Below are positions 25,532 through 39,754 of a stretch of DNA of 61,843 nt, piece after piece; positions within the stretch are counted from its first letter, which is position 1, and the number at the start of each line of letters is the position of its first letter. The position numbers and the translations under genes were made by a program. This stretch comes from Phoronis australis (Eukaryota > Animalia > Phoronida). A model generated the notes under the pieces. The model was not told the DNA's origin. It was given only the letters and a program-made list of their open reading frames with translations, and did no database searches. The DNA lies in contig NMRA01000063.1 in assembly GCA_002633005.1 (NCBI GenBank), positions 479,081 to 540,923 on the forward strand, in the 5' to 3' direction.

Positions 25532-28427
25532 GAACTCCTGTTATACAATCTGTTTTACCTTTTTGATTCGTTTTGATATGCCAATAGAGTAGTTGGCCGA
25601 CAACATTCTTCATACGGTAAAGTCGCGTGATTTTCGGATGGCCCGCCATTTTCGACCAAGAATAAATATTTCCGAAATGAGTTTTTCATAGTCCACGAAA
25701 TTCGTACAAGGTCCAAAAACTGTTTTTTAATGATCTTCGAATTTCGGACAATGTCATAAACGTCTGATTTTTGTCTGCAACTTTCGGACAAGGAAAATTT
25801 TAGAAACGCTAATTTGGGATCGACGCAACTCCCGTGTCACTAAAGCGTTCAACGGATGATTACTACTCTACAAGGCTTGAATCTGAGAATTGGTGTAATT
25901 TTTACCTTGTCTTGACGATGTCATGACCGTTACTCGATTGTCTTGCGTTTAGCTTGTGTTTGGCGCTTTAGCTATGAAAAGTCACTGAGTCCCGCATGAC
26001 GAAAATTTCTGATGAAAATACAAATGGGAAATACACCGAAGGCTGCAGTTTTTCGTTGTAGCGTAACATGTGCTCTGGTTTAATTAGACCGTGTTGTTCG
26101 ACTTCCGACTGTGACATTGAACTTGCACGCCTGACATCAAGTTGCGTGTTTACGAAACGTTTTTATTTTTAAAATGTCCTGGCCTTTGCAAATGGCCTTG
26201 TTAGTGGCTAAAATCTCCCGACGACGTGTCCGGATTTTATTCTTGAATTTTTGTTTAGGCCCCCATTCACAATAGGCCACAGCTAAGTCTGTCCGTAGGA
26301 TATCGCGCGTTCAAAGTAGTGTAGATAGTGAACAGCAGCAGCCGAATGAGACGGAGCCAAAGTAATGCTGGTTAAAAATCAAACATAGTGCAAGGCCCAG
26401 CACTCAGAAAGGGGCGCGGCGCACACGCAATTGTTACAGAGACATTGCATCCCTTTCCTATGTTGTGTAAGCGCCAGTGTGCTATAACACATATCAAAAA
26501 CTAATGTACATCTACGTAACCACGTTTCACTACCCTTACAAGTTGTCTGTTGCTCTCTGATAAGCATCGCAGATGCAAGAATCTCACTTAAGAAGATAGT
26601 ATGATCGTGTGCTTCGTTTGCAATGCCTCACCGTACGTCTAGACGTCCTCAGTCTAGCGTGTTCGTGAGATTGTCACCCTTGTGCCCCTGGTCGCAGACT
26701 AGGGTAGAGTTCAGTAGCTGTCTTGGGAAATACAAAAATCTAGCCAAAATCGCGGTTTCAATTAAAAAACACAATGCATCACGTAATTTCATGAATTCTT
26801 GCTTTTTAGCGAAGTTCTAGCGTTACGAGCTTTACCCCAGATGTAAACCTAAAAAAGATTTAACTTGCGGCGACCCAATTTTGCTTGCTCATCCACTGGT
26901 CTGTGTACTTGTGGTCTTGTTAATTCACACCCTGTACCGTCTGAGGTACAACACCCTGAACTCCATGGTGTCCCGAGATTAAGATGAATCCCGACAAGGA
27001 CACCGGGACCCTGTGGCACTCTCTGTCTGCGGCGACTAAGAAAAGCCTCCACCAATCATTTCGAAAAATGACAAGTCAGTTGAATCAGATTTGGTAGTCG
27101 TTGGTTCTTGTGGTCCTAGGGGTAGGCTAACAAGAATACAGGACCTGGAGTCCGATGCAACGGGCTTGGAACCTGATAGGTGTTTCCGACCCGGAGTTCA
27201 ATATCTACTTTCCACAGGACCTTGCCTTCTTGTCCATGTTACCGCCTTCAGTTGATAGTTTTGAGACAAAAAAGAAACGTGATCTTAAACTGCAGACCAT
27301 GTTTTTTGTATTACTTAATATAGTTTTAGAGGCATTTCAGCTGTAGTATTGTTTAATTGTGTTGACTGTTACATTGCTAATTATTATTGTTCTATTTTTA
27401 CCCGAGGTGATGCCTTACTTGCAGCGAAGGGTAAATAATTTTGGGAAGTATTACCAGCGATTTCCGTATATGAGTTGGGGAAACCAAGCGTCTTATGTAA
27501 AAATACACCAGGGCCTATACTCAGCAATGCCGAATACACGAACACAGTATAAATACTGTAGCTCACCCTAATTATATCCTAGTGGGAATAGCATTATTTT
27601 TAGATTTCAAGCATGCATTTTTATTCTCAGATATGCATCCCAGGTATATTTTAAGGAAAAATTTAAGATACGCAAATTGGCCATATATTCTGCTGGACTG
27701 ATATACGGAAATCTACGGTGGATTTGAATGGGTATTTGAATGGGTTTAATGCAAATTCTTTGCGACCATCCTGCATCAATTGACCTATCGCAAGCTCCGC
27801 CCCCTTGCGTAATGTCGACCAACAAACAATAAGTTTTACCCGGCGACGTGTTTTTTGTCGGGTAAAATGGCGGCTTGGAAACGAAGGTGTATCAATAATG
27901 CTGCGTTCTAAATGGCCAGTTAAGTCGTCACTCAAAATCCTGGCGATAGGTCAATTGTTGTGCAGTGGGATACTCGAACAATTCACTAAAAATGTCTGTC
28001 ATACGATTTCAAAATGTCCATGGATAAAAGAAACTACATTTCATCTGTGAATGGGGCTCATCTTCTACACCAAAATGAGAAATTGGGTCAAGCATTGTTA
28101 AAGATTTGTGGGTTCCTATTGTTTGATATTGATACTAGGCAAGATTTTATGAGTTGTTCAGTTTTGAGATTTTTTCACGGACTCATTGACGCCATGTGCA
28201 TTTAATTGCCAATGTTTCAGACTCTTTGGGTTGTCATTAGCCACTGTTTCAGACTCTTTACTCATTAAATTTCCACCCGATTATTGTTATAGGATCAAAG
28301 GACGCGCCACTTTGGGGATTTTTTTTGTACCTGAATTAAAGATCATGATTCGTTTTAACATTTAAGATACAACAAAGTGTTTTAAGTAGAATTTTGTCTG
28401 ATTTACCCAATTCGGGTCCAGCACCTC

Positions 28428-30806
28428 TGTGCGCCCTTTACTTATATGTGGGTGCATATTGCTGTCATCTCTGTCTGGGCCTCTGGCGTCAACAGCTGTA
28501 TCTCTTAAACCCCTCAAAGGATCTTGATGAGATTTGGCAGATGTGTTCCTATGAAACTGACGACGAATGACAACAAATTTCGGATGTAACCGATTACCGG
28601 TGTGTCCTTTAGTGGCAGTTTTAGTTTTTACGTTTATCTCTATATCTTCAAGGGTCCTCAATGGATTTTCATGAAACTTGGTACATAGGCATCAATTAGT
28701 GAGATAATGCTATCTTCCCAGTTTTGGACAAATTCGAGGTATTTTGCGCCACCTAGTATCCATTCTTACTGTTTTTGGGTCTGTTTTTTGGCGTCTGATG
28801 GTCTATCAACCAAACTACTCTAAGGATGATTGTAAAAATTGGCATATATGTTCTTGTTGTGAGGACAACGGTTGGTGATGATTTTCTGATGACTTTGATT
28901 ACTGTGACGCCTCCTAGTGGCAGTTTTTTTGTGCCCATAGCTGTATCTCCTAAAGGTTCAGCAGGAAAGTTTAGCAAATCTATTTATATGAAGTCAACGT
29001 CTTTCAGATGGATCCAACGAACGCCGTGTCCTCTAGTGACAATTTCATTTTTATGCGCCCACATATTAATATTTATATGTGGACGCATTATGCCGTCATC
29101 TCCGTCCGTCCGTCCGGGTGGCGTCCGGCGTCTGCTGCTCTATCTCCATAACCCTTTGACATACATTCATCAAATTTGGCACATATGTTCCATTCATGAA
29201 TGGGACGGCATGAGCGAACTTTCGGACGGATTCGACTGCCGGTGTGCCCCCTAGTCGCAATTTTAGTTTTTTACGCTTACCTTTGTATCTTCAAAAGTCC
29301 TGAACGGATTTTCATGAAATTTGGTATGTAGGCACCTATTAATGAGATGACGCTATCCTCCTGTTTTCTAATGGATTCGACGTAGTTTGCGCCACCTAGC
29401 GGCCATTTTTACTGTTTCTGAGTCTGTTTTTTGCGTCCACCCCTCTATCTACCAAACCGCTCAAAGGATGATTGTGAAAATTGGCATGTATGTGCTTACA
29501 ATAATGAGGACGGTTGACGATGATTTTCCGACGATTGTGACTACTGTGGCGCCTCCTAGTGGCAGTTTTATTTTTGTTGCGCCTATGGCTATATCTTCTA
29601 AAACGTTCGTAGGATCTTTTCTTAATTTAGCAAGTGTATTGATATACTGTTGACTACGGATGACCATGACTTTCGGACAGATCTGATTACTGCTGTGCCC
29701 CCTATTGGCAATTTTAGTTTTTTACGGTTAACTCAGTATCTTCAAAGGTCCTTAACAGATTTTCATAAAATTTTAAATATAGGCATCTATTGGTGTGATG
29801 ACGCTATCTTTCTGTTTTTGCATGGAATCGAGGTATTTTGCACCACCTAGTGGCCATTTTTGCTGTTTTCAAATCTTGTTTTTGGTGTTCACCACTGTAT
29901 CAACCAAATCATTTGAAAATTGGCATATATGTTCTCAGTGTGAAGACGACCTTTGATGATGGTGACTGATGACTGTGGCGCCTCCTAATAGTTTTATTTT
30001 GCGCCTATAGTTGTATCTCTTAAACCCACTGCAGGATCTTTACTAAATTTATTAGTAAGTGTATTTATATGAAGATAACAAAAGACGACAACGACTTTCA
30101 GGCGGATCCAACGGACAGTGTGCTCACTAGTGGCAATTTCATTTTCTGTTTTCTTTTGTTTCTCTGAAGTTCCTTGACAGATTTTTATGAAATGTGGCAT
30201 GTTGTTTTGTTTTGTTTTGCACCCATTGCCGTATCTCCTAAACCCACTGCAGGATCTGTATTAAATTTAATTTAGTTAGTGTATTTATATGAAGCTAACA
30301 ACAGACAATGACGACTTTCAGGTGGATCCAATGAAAAGTGTGCTCCCTGGTGGCAATTTCATTTTAATCTGTTTTCCTTCGTTTCTCAGAAGTGCCGTGA
30401 CGGATTTCTTTGAAATTTGGTGTATAGCTTTCTATTAAAGAAGCATTGTCATGTTCCTGTGTTTTGGATGGATTGTATGTTTTTGCGCCATCTAGTGGCC
30501 ATTTTTATGATACAAAGAAATAACCCTAAAAGCACACCATTTGCAATGCATTTATGGGCGCATTTCAACGTTCCGCGTTGCTCTTGTTTTGTTTTCCTTT
30601 GTTTCTTTGAAGTTCCTAGATGGATTTTTATGAAATTTGATAAATAGCTTTCAATTAAAGAAGCGATGATATGTTCCTGTTTCGGATGCGTTCGACATAT
30701 TGTACGCCATCTATTGGCCATTGTTATGATACAAATAAACACCCTAGAAGCACATCATTTGTGGTGCATTCACGGGCACATTTCAAAGCTCTGCGTTGCT
30801 CTTGTT
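28428..30806 (+). mobile_element. HINE family 1: outer copy with inner copy ~29049-30588
   Basis: Two 5' heads (28428, 29049) and two 3' tails (30588, 30806) in nested order. Confidence 0.8.
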
Positions 30807-31073
30807 GAAATTTTAATTCAACTAATTGAAGAAATGTTCCTATCTTTAGTTGTGACAAGTCACTTTGACTTTGCAGCTGAACATTGCAAGCGACACCTAT
30901 TGCCATCTTGTGAAATGTTGGTTCACTTGGGCTTATTGTGAATAGGGATGTCCTGCTGTTGTTAACTTTGTGTAAATATTTATGTAATTTCGCAAGGTTG
31001 GAGAATCTGAAAATTCTTGGCAGTTCTCATTTGTTATGAATCTTGAATAAGTTCACTTCATATTTCTATGTAG

Positions 31074-32898
31074 GGGTTTGTACCACCAAGAAAAGTGAAG
31101 TGCGTGGATGAGGACCAGGAAAGACCGTTGTCCAAAGCAGGAACCGTTGACTTGACCAACAATGAAATCATCAACACTAAAGTGGGCGGCCCCGTGACAG
31201 CTGGAGGTCAAAGGTCACTTCATCACTCACCATTGTTTAGTTGCACAGGTATAGTGCAAGACAGTCTTTTTGATTTATATGCAAATAGTACGAACAGTAA
31301 AGTTGTTGATGAGCTTGCAGACACAAGTAAAGTGATAAGCAATGATAGGACATTAGCACATTGTCGTGATGGGGTACTGACAGCATATCATCACAGTGAT
31401 GGCTTGGACATGCAGGACAGCAGTGCAGAAAACACTTCCAAAGAAAAGCGCAGTGCCTCACAGATATTGGCTTTAATCAAGTCTAAGAAATTTCCGACTT
31501 CCATGAGTTGCAGCATTAACGGTATGCAATCAACAAACATTGATATGGTCAGAAGCGTTGAGCCAAAAACGAAGAGTATTGTTGAAAGCTGGATTACAAC
31601 AGTTGAAAACTTCAGTCCGCTGCAATGTCCTTTGAAATCCGATAGTACAAATCTTGAACAAGGCGAAAGCAAGGTTGGGGTATACAAAGAGCAAAGCGAT
31701 ATTGATTTGATAAAGGTGGCGGCACATGAGCCAAATCCCACAGAATATGAGGCAAAGGAGTTTGGAGTGTTTGATCTAAGATTTTCTCCTTTCTCCAATG
31801 CGAGTGATAGTTTAGCAGGAGATTTGACAAGTCCTGATCATGTTACTGGAAGCAAACTCAGTTTTGGGATGTCTTCTCATGTGGCTTCACCTAATGTAGT
31901 ATCAGAATCTGTACATAGTGTATCAGGAGAAATTGCAACCTCGGCAAAGGTTATAAATAGTACAACTGCTTGTTGTATGCAAAACCTAGAAGCAATGACA
32001 AAAACACTGACTGAGTCCCTGGATCATGAAACTGTCAAAACTCCTGACAAAGACATAAGTGCGCCATGTGATAATGACCCTAAATGGCTTGGGCTGACAG
32101 ATCACAGTGATGGTCAGTCAGATTCGATGTTTTCGGACATGGATCTGTCACTGTATTACTCACCCAAAGTTACCAGACATCACAGTCCCAGTGGATCACC
32201 ACACAGCTCTGTGTTCAAACCAAGCAGTCTTCCCGACTATGAAGATACACTAAATGACACAATGCCTCAACTGTTTGTTAGAGCCCAGTCAGAAAATGAT
32301 ACTATTGCCAAAAAAGTAAATGACCCACAAATTAATGGTATCACTAATACCTCTGTTGGTCATGAAGTGCCTTTTTGTACTCCAAATTCGTCAGTATGTG
32401 GTAGTGACACCTGGATGAATGGGTCTACATTTTCTCAGGACACCATGGACTTGTTGGATTCCCAACAGCTGGAACTTAATTTTCGTCTGCCATATGCACC
32501 TTGCAGTAAATCGCTAACACAGTTAGGTAATGATGACAATCTTGAGAGGTCAGAGTCGCCATTTTCTGGGAATCCAAAGGATTTGCCTGAAGTTAAATTT
32601 CATAGTGAGCAGCCATTTTGTAAAGGTCTCTCCTACGGTCAAGAAATTCCATATCCATGTGCAAAAGACTTGCTTGTCTGTGATGGTGTTAGCAGTGACT
32701 CATTAGGTTCTAAAGAGTTGGATCACCTCAGAAGGGTGAGTCAGTCAGTTTTAAGGGGTTTGCAGGACAGATCATCAAATGATGACGAGATGGAGGACTG
32801 TTTCTTTTTGCCACCCTTAAGAGAGGAGAGACGGGGCAGTTATGAGCTGTTGCCTAGCAATGCAAACCTACCAACAAACAAGATTGCATGCATTAGAA
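31074..32898 (+). CDS. ZGRF1: ZGRF1 large exon (~608 aa Ser/Asp-rich, probably disordered linker)
   Basis: Acceptor tag 31071-73, in frame with ORF 31095..32918; begins GFVPPRKV; donor A|gtaagt after 32898 (phase 1). Confidence 0.85.
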
Positions 32899-32963
32899 GT
32901 AAGTATTGTTTCGTTTGAGCATTGTTGAGCATATTTCAAATCAATAATAACTTCTTCAAATTC

Positions 32964-35670
32964 TTTTTATGCGCCCACATATATGTGGTTGCATATTGTT
33001 GTCACTGTGTCCGGTTGTTAGGTTGTTTGGGTATCCGCTCAATATCTCAAAAACCCCTGGTCAGATATTGATGAAGTTTGGCACAAGGGTGTTTGGCATC
33101 ACTAGAGGGGCTCTTGCCATTTTTCAGGTGTATTCGACTACTGCAGCACCTTAAGTGGCCATTTTGTTCATGACGAGGGGCTTCTCAAGTGTTATTTTGG
33201 GGAGAAGAGCATTTCTGAATGATGTCTAAAGAACTGATTGGCAGATTTCAATGAAACTTAAAGACTCACAGAGGTATATGATAAGATTATGATGGCACCA
33301 TTTGATTTTTGGCTAGATTTGACAACTGCAGTTACCATTTCATGCGAGAGTCTTTCCAGATGATATATGGAGAATGGAATAAAGGATTTCAATGAAAGTT
33401 GACCCAGAGGTTCATGATGACAATGCAGCAGCACCGTCCGGCGTCCGCTGCTGTATCTCCAAAACCGATTGACGTATGTTCATGAAATTTTGCACATCTG
33501 TTCCTTTCATGGATGGGACAGTGGGAGCGAACTTTCGGACGGATCCGACTACCGTTGTGCCCTCTAGTGTCAATTTTAATTTTTTACGTTTACCTCTGTA
33601 TCTTCAAACATATTTTCACATAATTTGGTGTATAGGCATCTATTAGTGAGGCGATGCTATCATCTTGTTTTCGGATGTATTCGACATAGTGTGCGCTACC
33701 TAGTGGCCATTTTTGTTTTCGAGTCTGTTTTTAGCGTCGACCCCTCTATCAACCAAACCGCTCTAAGCATGATTGTGAAAATTGGCATGTATGTTCTTAC
33801 TATGAAGAGGAAGGGTTGACAATTATTTTCCGATGACTTTGACTACTGTGGCGCCTCCTAGTGGCAGTTTTGTTATTTTCCGCCTATGGCTATATCTTCT
33901 AAATCGTTTGCAGGATCTTTACTAAATTTAGTAAGTGCGTTTATATGATGATGACAACTGACGACGTTGACTTTCGGACAGATCTGACTACTTGTGTGCC
34001 ACCTAGTGGCAATTTTGTTTTTTTACGTTTACCTCTGTATCTTCAAAGGTCCTCAACGAATTTTCATAAAATTTGGTGTACAGGCTTCTGTTAGTGAGTT
34101 GACACTTTCTTTCCGTTTTCAGATGGATGTGACCTAGTTTGCACCACCTAGTGGCCATATTTATTGTTTTGAGTCTGTTTTTGGCGTCCACCCCTCTATC
34201 AACCAAACTGCTTTCAGGATAATTGTGAAAATTGGCATTTATGTTTCTACTATGAAGTGGACGGGTGACGACGATTCCTGATGACTTTGACTATTGTGGC
34301 GCCTCCTAGTGGCAGTTTCATTTTTTGCGCCCATGGCTGTAATCTGTTCCTCCTGAACCGTTTGCAGGATCTTTACTAAATTTAAGAAGTGTGTTTATAT
34401 GATGTTGACAATGGGTGACCACGATTTTCGGATGGATCTTACTACTGGTGTGCCCCTGGTGGCAATTTTACTTTTATGTTTACCTCTGTGTCCTCAACGG
34501 ATTTGCAAAAAATTTTGAATACGGGCATCTGTTGGTGAGATGACGCTACCCCCCCCCCCGTTTTCAGATGGAATCGAGGTATTTTGCGCCTCCTTCTGGC
34601 CATTGCTGTTTTTTGGCATCTACCCATCAACCAAAGGATGGTTTTGAAAATTGACGTATATGTTCTCTTAGTGGTAGTTTTGTTTTTTTTTGTTTTGCAC
34701 CCATTGCCGTATCTCCTAAACCTACTGCAGGATCTGTATTAAATTTAATTTACCGGTAATAAGTGTAACAACAGACAATGATGACTTTCAGGTGGATCCA
34801 ATGAACAGTGTGCTCCGTGGTGGCAATTTCATTTTATTCTGTTTTTCTTTGTTTCTCTGACGTGCCGTGACGTATTTCTATGAAATTTGGTGTATAGCTT
34901 TCTATTAAAGAAGCATTGTCATGTTCCTGTTTTCGGATGGATTGTGCGTTTTTGTGCCATCTAGTGGCCATTTTTATGACACAAATAAACAACCCGAAAA
35001 GCACACCATTTGCGATGCATTCGTGGGCGCATTTCAATGCTCCGCGTTGATCTTGTATTGAAACTTAACACACATTAGCACTAAGGTATGTGATGCCAAT
35101 GTGCCATCACTGTTAAATTTGTGCGTGGATTTGACTACTGCTGCACCTCCTCCTGGTAATTTTGCTCTTAATGGGTTTTCATGTGTTGTTTGGGAAGGAT
35201 CAGTTCTGGATGTTGTCTAAAGAAACCACTGACTGTTGACAGCAAAACGTGGCTGAGACGTATGTGATGTCACTGCGCTTTAGCCTTCTATTTTAGGGTG
35301 AATTTGTTCTCTGCAGCATTGTGACAAGAGCTTTTCAAGTGTTGTTTGGGAGAAGAGTGTTTATGGATAGTATTTAGAAAACCTATTGATGGATTTCAAT
35401 GAAACTTTACATAGTAAAAAATGATGACTATGTGCCGGCACGGCCCAACACCATTCTGTTTTTGAGTTTTCAAGTGTTGTTTTGGGGAAGAGTGTTTCCG
35501 GATTATATGTGGAGAGCTGATTGACAGAATTCAGTAAAACCTGACAGTGCGCCAGCACCATTTGGTTTTCAGACTGATTCGACTACTGCATCACCTCTTA
35601 GTAACCCTTAGAAATGTATTGTATGTGATACATCGTGTGTGCATGTCAGTGCCCCAACTTTGCTCTTGTT
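32964..35670 (+). mobile_element. Diverged HINE with family 1 copy (~33435-35056) inside
   Basis: Head tttatgcgcccacatatatgtgg, tails at 35056 and 35670; inner part carries the 451-bp array. Confidence 0.75.
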
Positions 35671-36024
35671 TGATTTTTTAATGAATTCTGTGTGCCTGTT
35701 TCATAAAATTACTGTTGCTGGTGACTACATTTCTGTGGGTGGAGTACTAAAAGGCAAAAATGTGATTGTGCTCCATCTGTAAATCAACCACTGGCTTGAA
35801 TGAAAATGGAGTTTTAGTGTTGAGAATTATTTTCACTGATCAGGTTTCCGGCTGTTATATTTTACAGAACAAGATTACTGAATGGCTGCCACATGATTTT
35901 CTAGCATCCAAGTGTAATAAAAACACTTCTGGCATAAAATGTTGTCTCGCATTTTCTCCCTTTAACATGCAGACTTGTTAGACAATCTCTATTCAGGAAT
36001 TATGTTAAATTTTGATGTGTTCAG

Positions 36025-36131
36025 GTCCTAGTTCTCGTCTGGTACACCGTGATGGTTTGTTTAGCCATGAGAACAGAGTGACTGCACAGGTTACTGCACA
36101 GGTGACTGATGTGAGCAGTGTCATAACACAG
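36025..36131 (+). CDS. ZGRF1: ZGRF1 linker exon (SPSSRLVHRDGL...VITQ)
   Basis: ttcag acceptor, phase 1 matches the previous exon, cag|gtgagt donor; no conserved motif. Confidence 0.6.
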
Positions 36132-36608
36132 GTGAGTAAGGTTTCTAGTGGTGCTTATGGACATCATTGGTTTGTACAGTATGGTTCATTGGTGGTCAAA
36201 TCATTTCTTTTCTCACTATCATTTCTTTTCTCACTATCATTGTCTTGCATATGGATTACTACTTCTTATCATTTGGTCAAAATTTTGTGGAAATGCATCA
36301 CTGCGTTTCGGCCACGTTCTATAATTCATTGGTCAAAAAGTACTGGGAAGTTTCCATTTCCATTTTTTATTAAGTTTATTTATTCAGACATGCAATTTTA
36401 ACAGTCAAATACAATTAGTAATTTTGTATTGATCTTGCCCAACAAATTCCAAAACCTGGAAGTGGCAGAATCTTTGGCCACAATGCCACCTTCAGCTTTC
36501 AGGAACAGTGGGAATTTCTCATAAGTCGTGAGTCACCCTCTCAAACAAGGAGGGCTGTCCACTGTACTCTTTGTATTCTACTGAACATGTGCCTCATTTA
36601 AACACCAG

Positions 36609-36734
36609 GTTCAGAGGTCTCTGTCCAGCTACCAACTGAAGGGGTCACTCTCTAGCCAAGTGGCTAAGCGAGGTAGTCCACTGCCTAACAGCACACAGGC
36701 TGTGAAAAAATTATCACAGACTACTACAAGGAAG
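36609..36734 (+). CDS. ZGRF1: Possible ZGRF1 linker exon (VQRSLSSYQ...TTRK)
   Basis: ccag acceptor, open only in phase 0, aag|gtgaat donor; its phase does not match the next candidate exon. Confidence 0.4.
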
Positions 36735-37436
36735 GTGAATAATTGTGTGATATTTTTCTTAACTAGTAAAGTAATTGATTTGTTCTCTATTGAATTGAAA
36801 GAGTTGTGTTAAGAGACCTGTTGGTGTGGTGACCTTCAACAATATTTCATCACTACTTCCTAACTATAGCCACAGTGCCATAGATTGATATCCTAAAAAA
36901 TATACTCTTGTTTTCTTTGCTTGTACAGTATGTGGGGAGCAGAGGGTACAGCTTTTCCAGACACTCGAACCATACCCCAATGTTTACAAAAATATTCATA
37001 TATTACTCAAATGTATAACAAAATCATTTTTTTCTAGATGGATGTAAAGAACTCGACCCAAGTGAAAATAAGGTTTTACTCAAAATAGTATCAAAATTTC
37101 TTTTTAATATTAAATCTCTTTGTGTGAGTCGATAAAATTGTATATATGTAAAATAACTTATTGTGTATGGAAATAATTTATTTACATTCGTAATCATATG
37201 TCATTGTAATCTTGACATCAGTTTTTTTAATTTATATATTTTTGTATATTAATTGTACATAGATTTCTTTGTATGTATTTAACCCAGATACATGCCTCTT
37301 TGCGCTTTTTGGGTATGTATATTTATGGTATTGAATATTTCATAATAAACTTTTAAAAAAATAAATCCTGAAAAATCTGCTGAAGTTGAATTACCTATTC
37401 CTACGACAAAATTTTATGTTATGTGTATGCCTTAAG

Positions 37437-37531
37437 GTTATGAGAATGAATGGTTGAAAGTCTTACAGACCAAAAGTGACTTTGGTAATGACAGCTTGTC
37501 AGATAAGATACTTTCCACAATGTCATCGTCC
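37437..37531 (+). CDS. ZGRF1: Possible ZGRF1 exon (YENEWLKVLQTK...MSSS)
   Basis: ttaag acceptor, open in phase 1, gtatgt donor, 56-nt intron to the next conserved exon. Confidence 0.5.
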
Positions 37532-37587
37532 GTATGTAGGTGGTAGGCTGTGCTGACAGTCTTACATGTGCTTTTGATCCCTTTCAG

Positions 37588-37726
37588 TCTGCTGGATTGT
37601 GCGACCTTCAGTTTCCGCCTAAAGTGAAAATCGTGAACCAACAGACTCCTGTACGCCTGATGACCATTCCAACACAATTTAGCAGTTTTCAGGATTACAA
37701 ACACTGCCTTTCATCTGTTGTTGTTG
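37588..37726 (+). CDS. ZGRF1: ZGRF1 exon (SAGLCDLQFPPKVK...IPTQFSSFQDYKHCLSSVVV)
   Basis: ctttcag acceptor, G|gtgagt donor; L.FP...R...IP..F.S...YK motif that precedes the GRF finger. Confidence 0.85.
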
Positions 37727-37974
37727 GTGAGTTTAGTGATCTGTGAAGTTTTCCGCTCTCTACTATTTATGTTTGTACTAACAACACTAATTTTTTTTAA
37801 AGTCATGTCTAAATTTGTTAGAATGTAATCCTCTAGAGAATACAGGTCATTGCAAAGTTTGAGCGTTTCAGTTACTGGTGCTCAAGCAGCATAGTTAGTA
37901 TGGATTTTTGGCATTTTATGGGAACTAAGCTGACCTTCCTTCTGTTATTAGTATAAATATTGCTAATCCAACTA

Positions 37975-38286
37975 AGGCAGGGTCCTCACTCAACAGAGGC
38001 AGGGCCCTCACTCAACAGAGGCAGGGCCCTCACTCAACAGAGGCAGGGCCCTCGCTCAACAGAGGCAGGGCCCTCACTCAACAGAGGCAGGGCCCTCACT
38101 CAACAGAGGCAGGGCCCTCACTCAACAGAGGCAGGGCCCTCACTCAACAGAGGCAGGGCCCTCGCTCAACAGAGGCAGGGCCCTCGCTCAACAGAGGCAG
38201 GGCCCTCACTCAACAGAGGCAGGGCCCTCACTCAACAGAGGCAGGGCCCTCACTCAACAGAGGCAGGGCCCTCACTCAACAGAGGC
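37975..38286. repeat. 22-bp minisatellite x~14
   Basis: aggcagggccctcactcaacag. Confidence 0.96.
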
Positions 38287-38927
38287 GAAAGGTGCCTTTG
38301 GGGCTTCATGGTCAGCATACCCTTCGGGTCCTTCACCGAGTCTACATAATTAAGCTTTAATTTATATTAACTGTATTTTTTGTCGTAACTTAAATAAAGT
38401 GTATTACTACTACTACTACCTTCAATCTAAAAGGAGAATTTTCATGGCATTTTTTTACTAAGAGGGGACTTTTTGCGCCATCTTTTATTTAGAGGTTATT
38501 TTTTTAGATGTTTATTTACTGCATTGCTTTTTACTAATTTATGCTTTCACAAATAAGCAAGCATCAACTTTCAGTTAAACAATAAAAAACATACGATGTA
38601 TTACCATTGTCACCCTGCTTGGGTTATGAAGGCAACACCAAGACAATGGTTCATTTTTGCACAAGTACAGAACAATGGAGTCATTAGAAAACACCCATCG
38701 GGGGAAACAAATTTCAAAACTAGATATGCCAGCACTACTAACACCTAAAAGTGAGTGAAGCAATGTTTGTAAGGATGAGGTCCTCATCTTGTACCACAGA
38801 GCACACTCAACACTGGCACAATAAGAGTTTTGGCTAAACAATGTTTTTCCTCACAACAGTGGATGGTGCCACACATCCTCAAATTTAACCATTCAGTCCT
38901 TTCACCTCTGTGAATAGGCAAAAAGAG

Positions 38928-39505
38928 CAGTGCTTAACTGTTCTTAGCTATTGTTATGCATTGTTTAACTGTTCTCGGCTATTGTAATTCAGTGCTTAAC
39001 TGTTCTCGGCTATTGTAATGCAGTGCTTAACTGTTCTTAGCTATTGTAATGCAGTGCTTAACTGTTCTCTATTGTAATGCAGTGCTTAACTGTTCTTGGC
39101 TAGTGTAATGCAGTGCTTAACTTTTCTCGGCTATTGTAATGCAGTGCTAAACTGTTCTCGGGTATTGTAATGCAGTGCTTAACTGTTCTCGGCTATTGTA
39201 ATGCAGTGCTTAACTGTTCTCGGCTATTGTAATGCAGTGCTTAACTGTTCTCGGCTATTGCAATGCAGTGCTTAACTGTTTTCGGCTATTGTAATGTAGT
39301 GCTTAACTGTTCTCGGCTATTGTAATGCAGTGCTTAACTGTTATTAGCTATTGTAATGCAGTGCTTAACTGTTCTGAGCTATTGTAATGCAGTGCTTAAC
39401 TGTTCTTAGCTATTGTAATGTAGTGCTTAACTGTTCTGAGCTATTGTAATGCAGTGCTTAACTGTTCTTAGCTATTGTAATGCAGTGCTTAACTGTTCTT
39501 AGCTA
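38928..39505. repeat. 31-bp minisatellite x~18
   Basis: cagtgcttaactgttctcggctattgtaatg. Confidence 0.95.
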
Positions 39506-39558
39506 TAAAAGTGTAATTCACCACAGTGAATAATCGTGATGAGATAACTCCTCAAATT

Positions 39559-39754
39559 TGGTTTGTGTGAGACTGCTTCTGAGAGGAGTGCACCGAAAGT
39601 TTATAATGTGGTTTGTATGAGACTGCTTCTGAAAGGAGTGCACTGCAAGTTTATAATGTGGTTTGTGTGAGACTGCTTCTGAGAGGAGTGCACGGCAAGT
39701 TTATAATGTGGTTTGTGTGAGACTGCTTCTGAGAGGAGTGCACGACAAGTTTAT
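39559..39754. repeat. 50-bp tandem repeat x4
   Basis: tggtttgtgtgagactgcttctgagaggagtgcac...tttataatg. Confidence 0.9.

Noticed and set aside
25550-28400. CpG-richer block that looks like DNA-transposon sequence
   Set aside because: No matching termini, TSD or transposase motif found by eye; left unannotated.
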